Source: Octopus bimaculoides
Taxonomy: Eukaryota
Direction: 5' to 3'
NCBI RefSeq assembly: GCF_001194135.2
Contig: NC_068982.1
Coordinates: forward strand, 60,110,876 to 60,174,875
Length of the DNA stretch: 64,000 nucleotides
A program made the position numbers and the translations under genes. Below, piece by piece: positions 63,969-64,000 of the stretch. The notes under the pieces were generated by a model. That model was not told the DNA's origin, made no database searches, and saw only the letters and a list, made by a program, of their open reading frames with translations. Each line of letters starts with the position of its first letter. Positions within the stretch are counted from its first letter, which is position 1.

Positions 63969-64000
<32 letters not shown>

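Overview
AT-rich animal genomic DNA from a gapped assembly (five N-runs). The SINE families and dense microsatellites point to an octopus or other cephalopod, which is an inference. No protein-coding gene can be named with confidence, and almost all listed ORFs are microsatellite or N-gap artefacts. The window is mostly decayed mobile DNA: at least four SINE or SINE-like families, Ty3/Gypsy LTR remnants (two gag families, two solo LTRs), RTE, Penelope and LINE-ORF1 fragments, mariner/maT/pogo/hAT relics, and two back-to-back Helitron remnants. A CpG-retaining domain (~22.8-41.6 kb) lies between two CpG-depleted domains, suggesting two methylated gene bodies; weak candidate first exons sit at both edges. 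The most interesting signal: both Gypsy families lack a tRNA primer-binding site. Instead, the sequence just 3' of the LTR is complementary to the LTR segment ~30 nt after the TATA-like box, the geometry of Tf1-type self-primed reverse transcription. Several large inverted-repeat structures and tandem SINE arrays are also present. Repeat boundaries were read by eye and are approximate unless terminal motifs are quoted.
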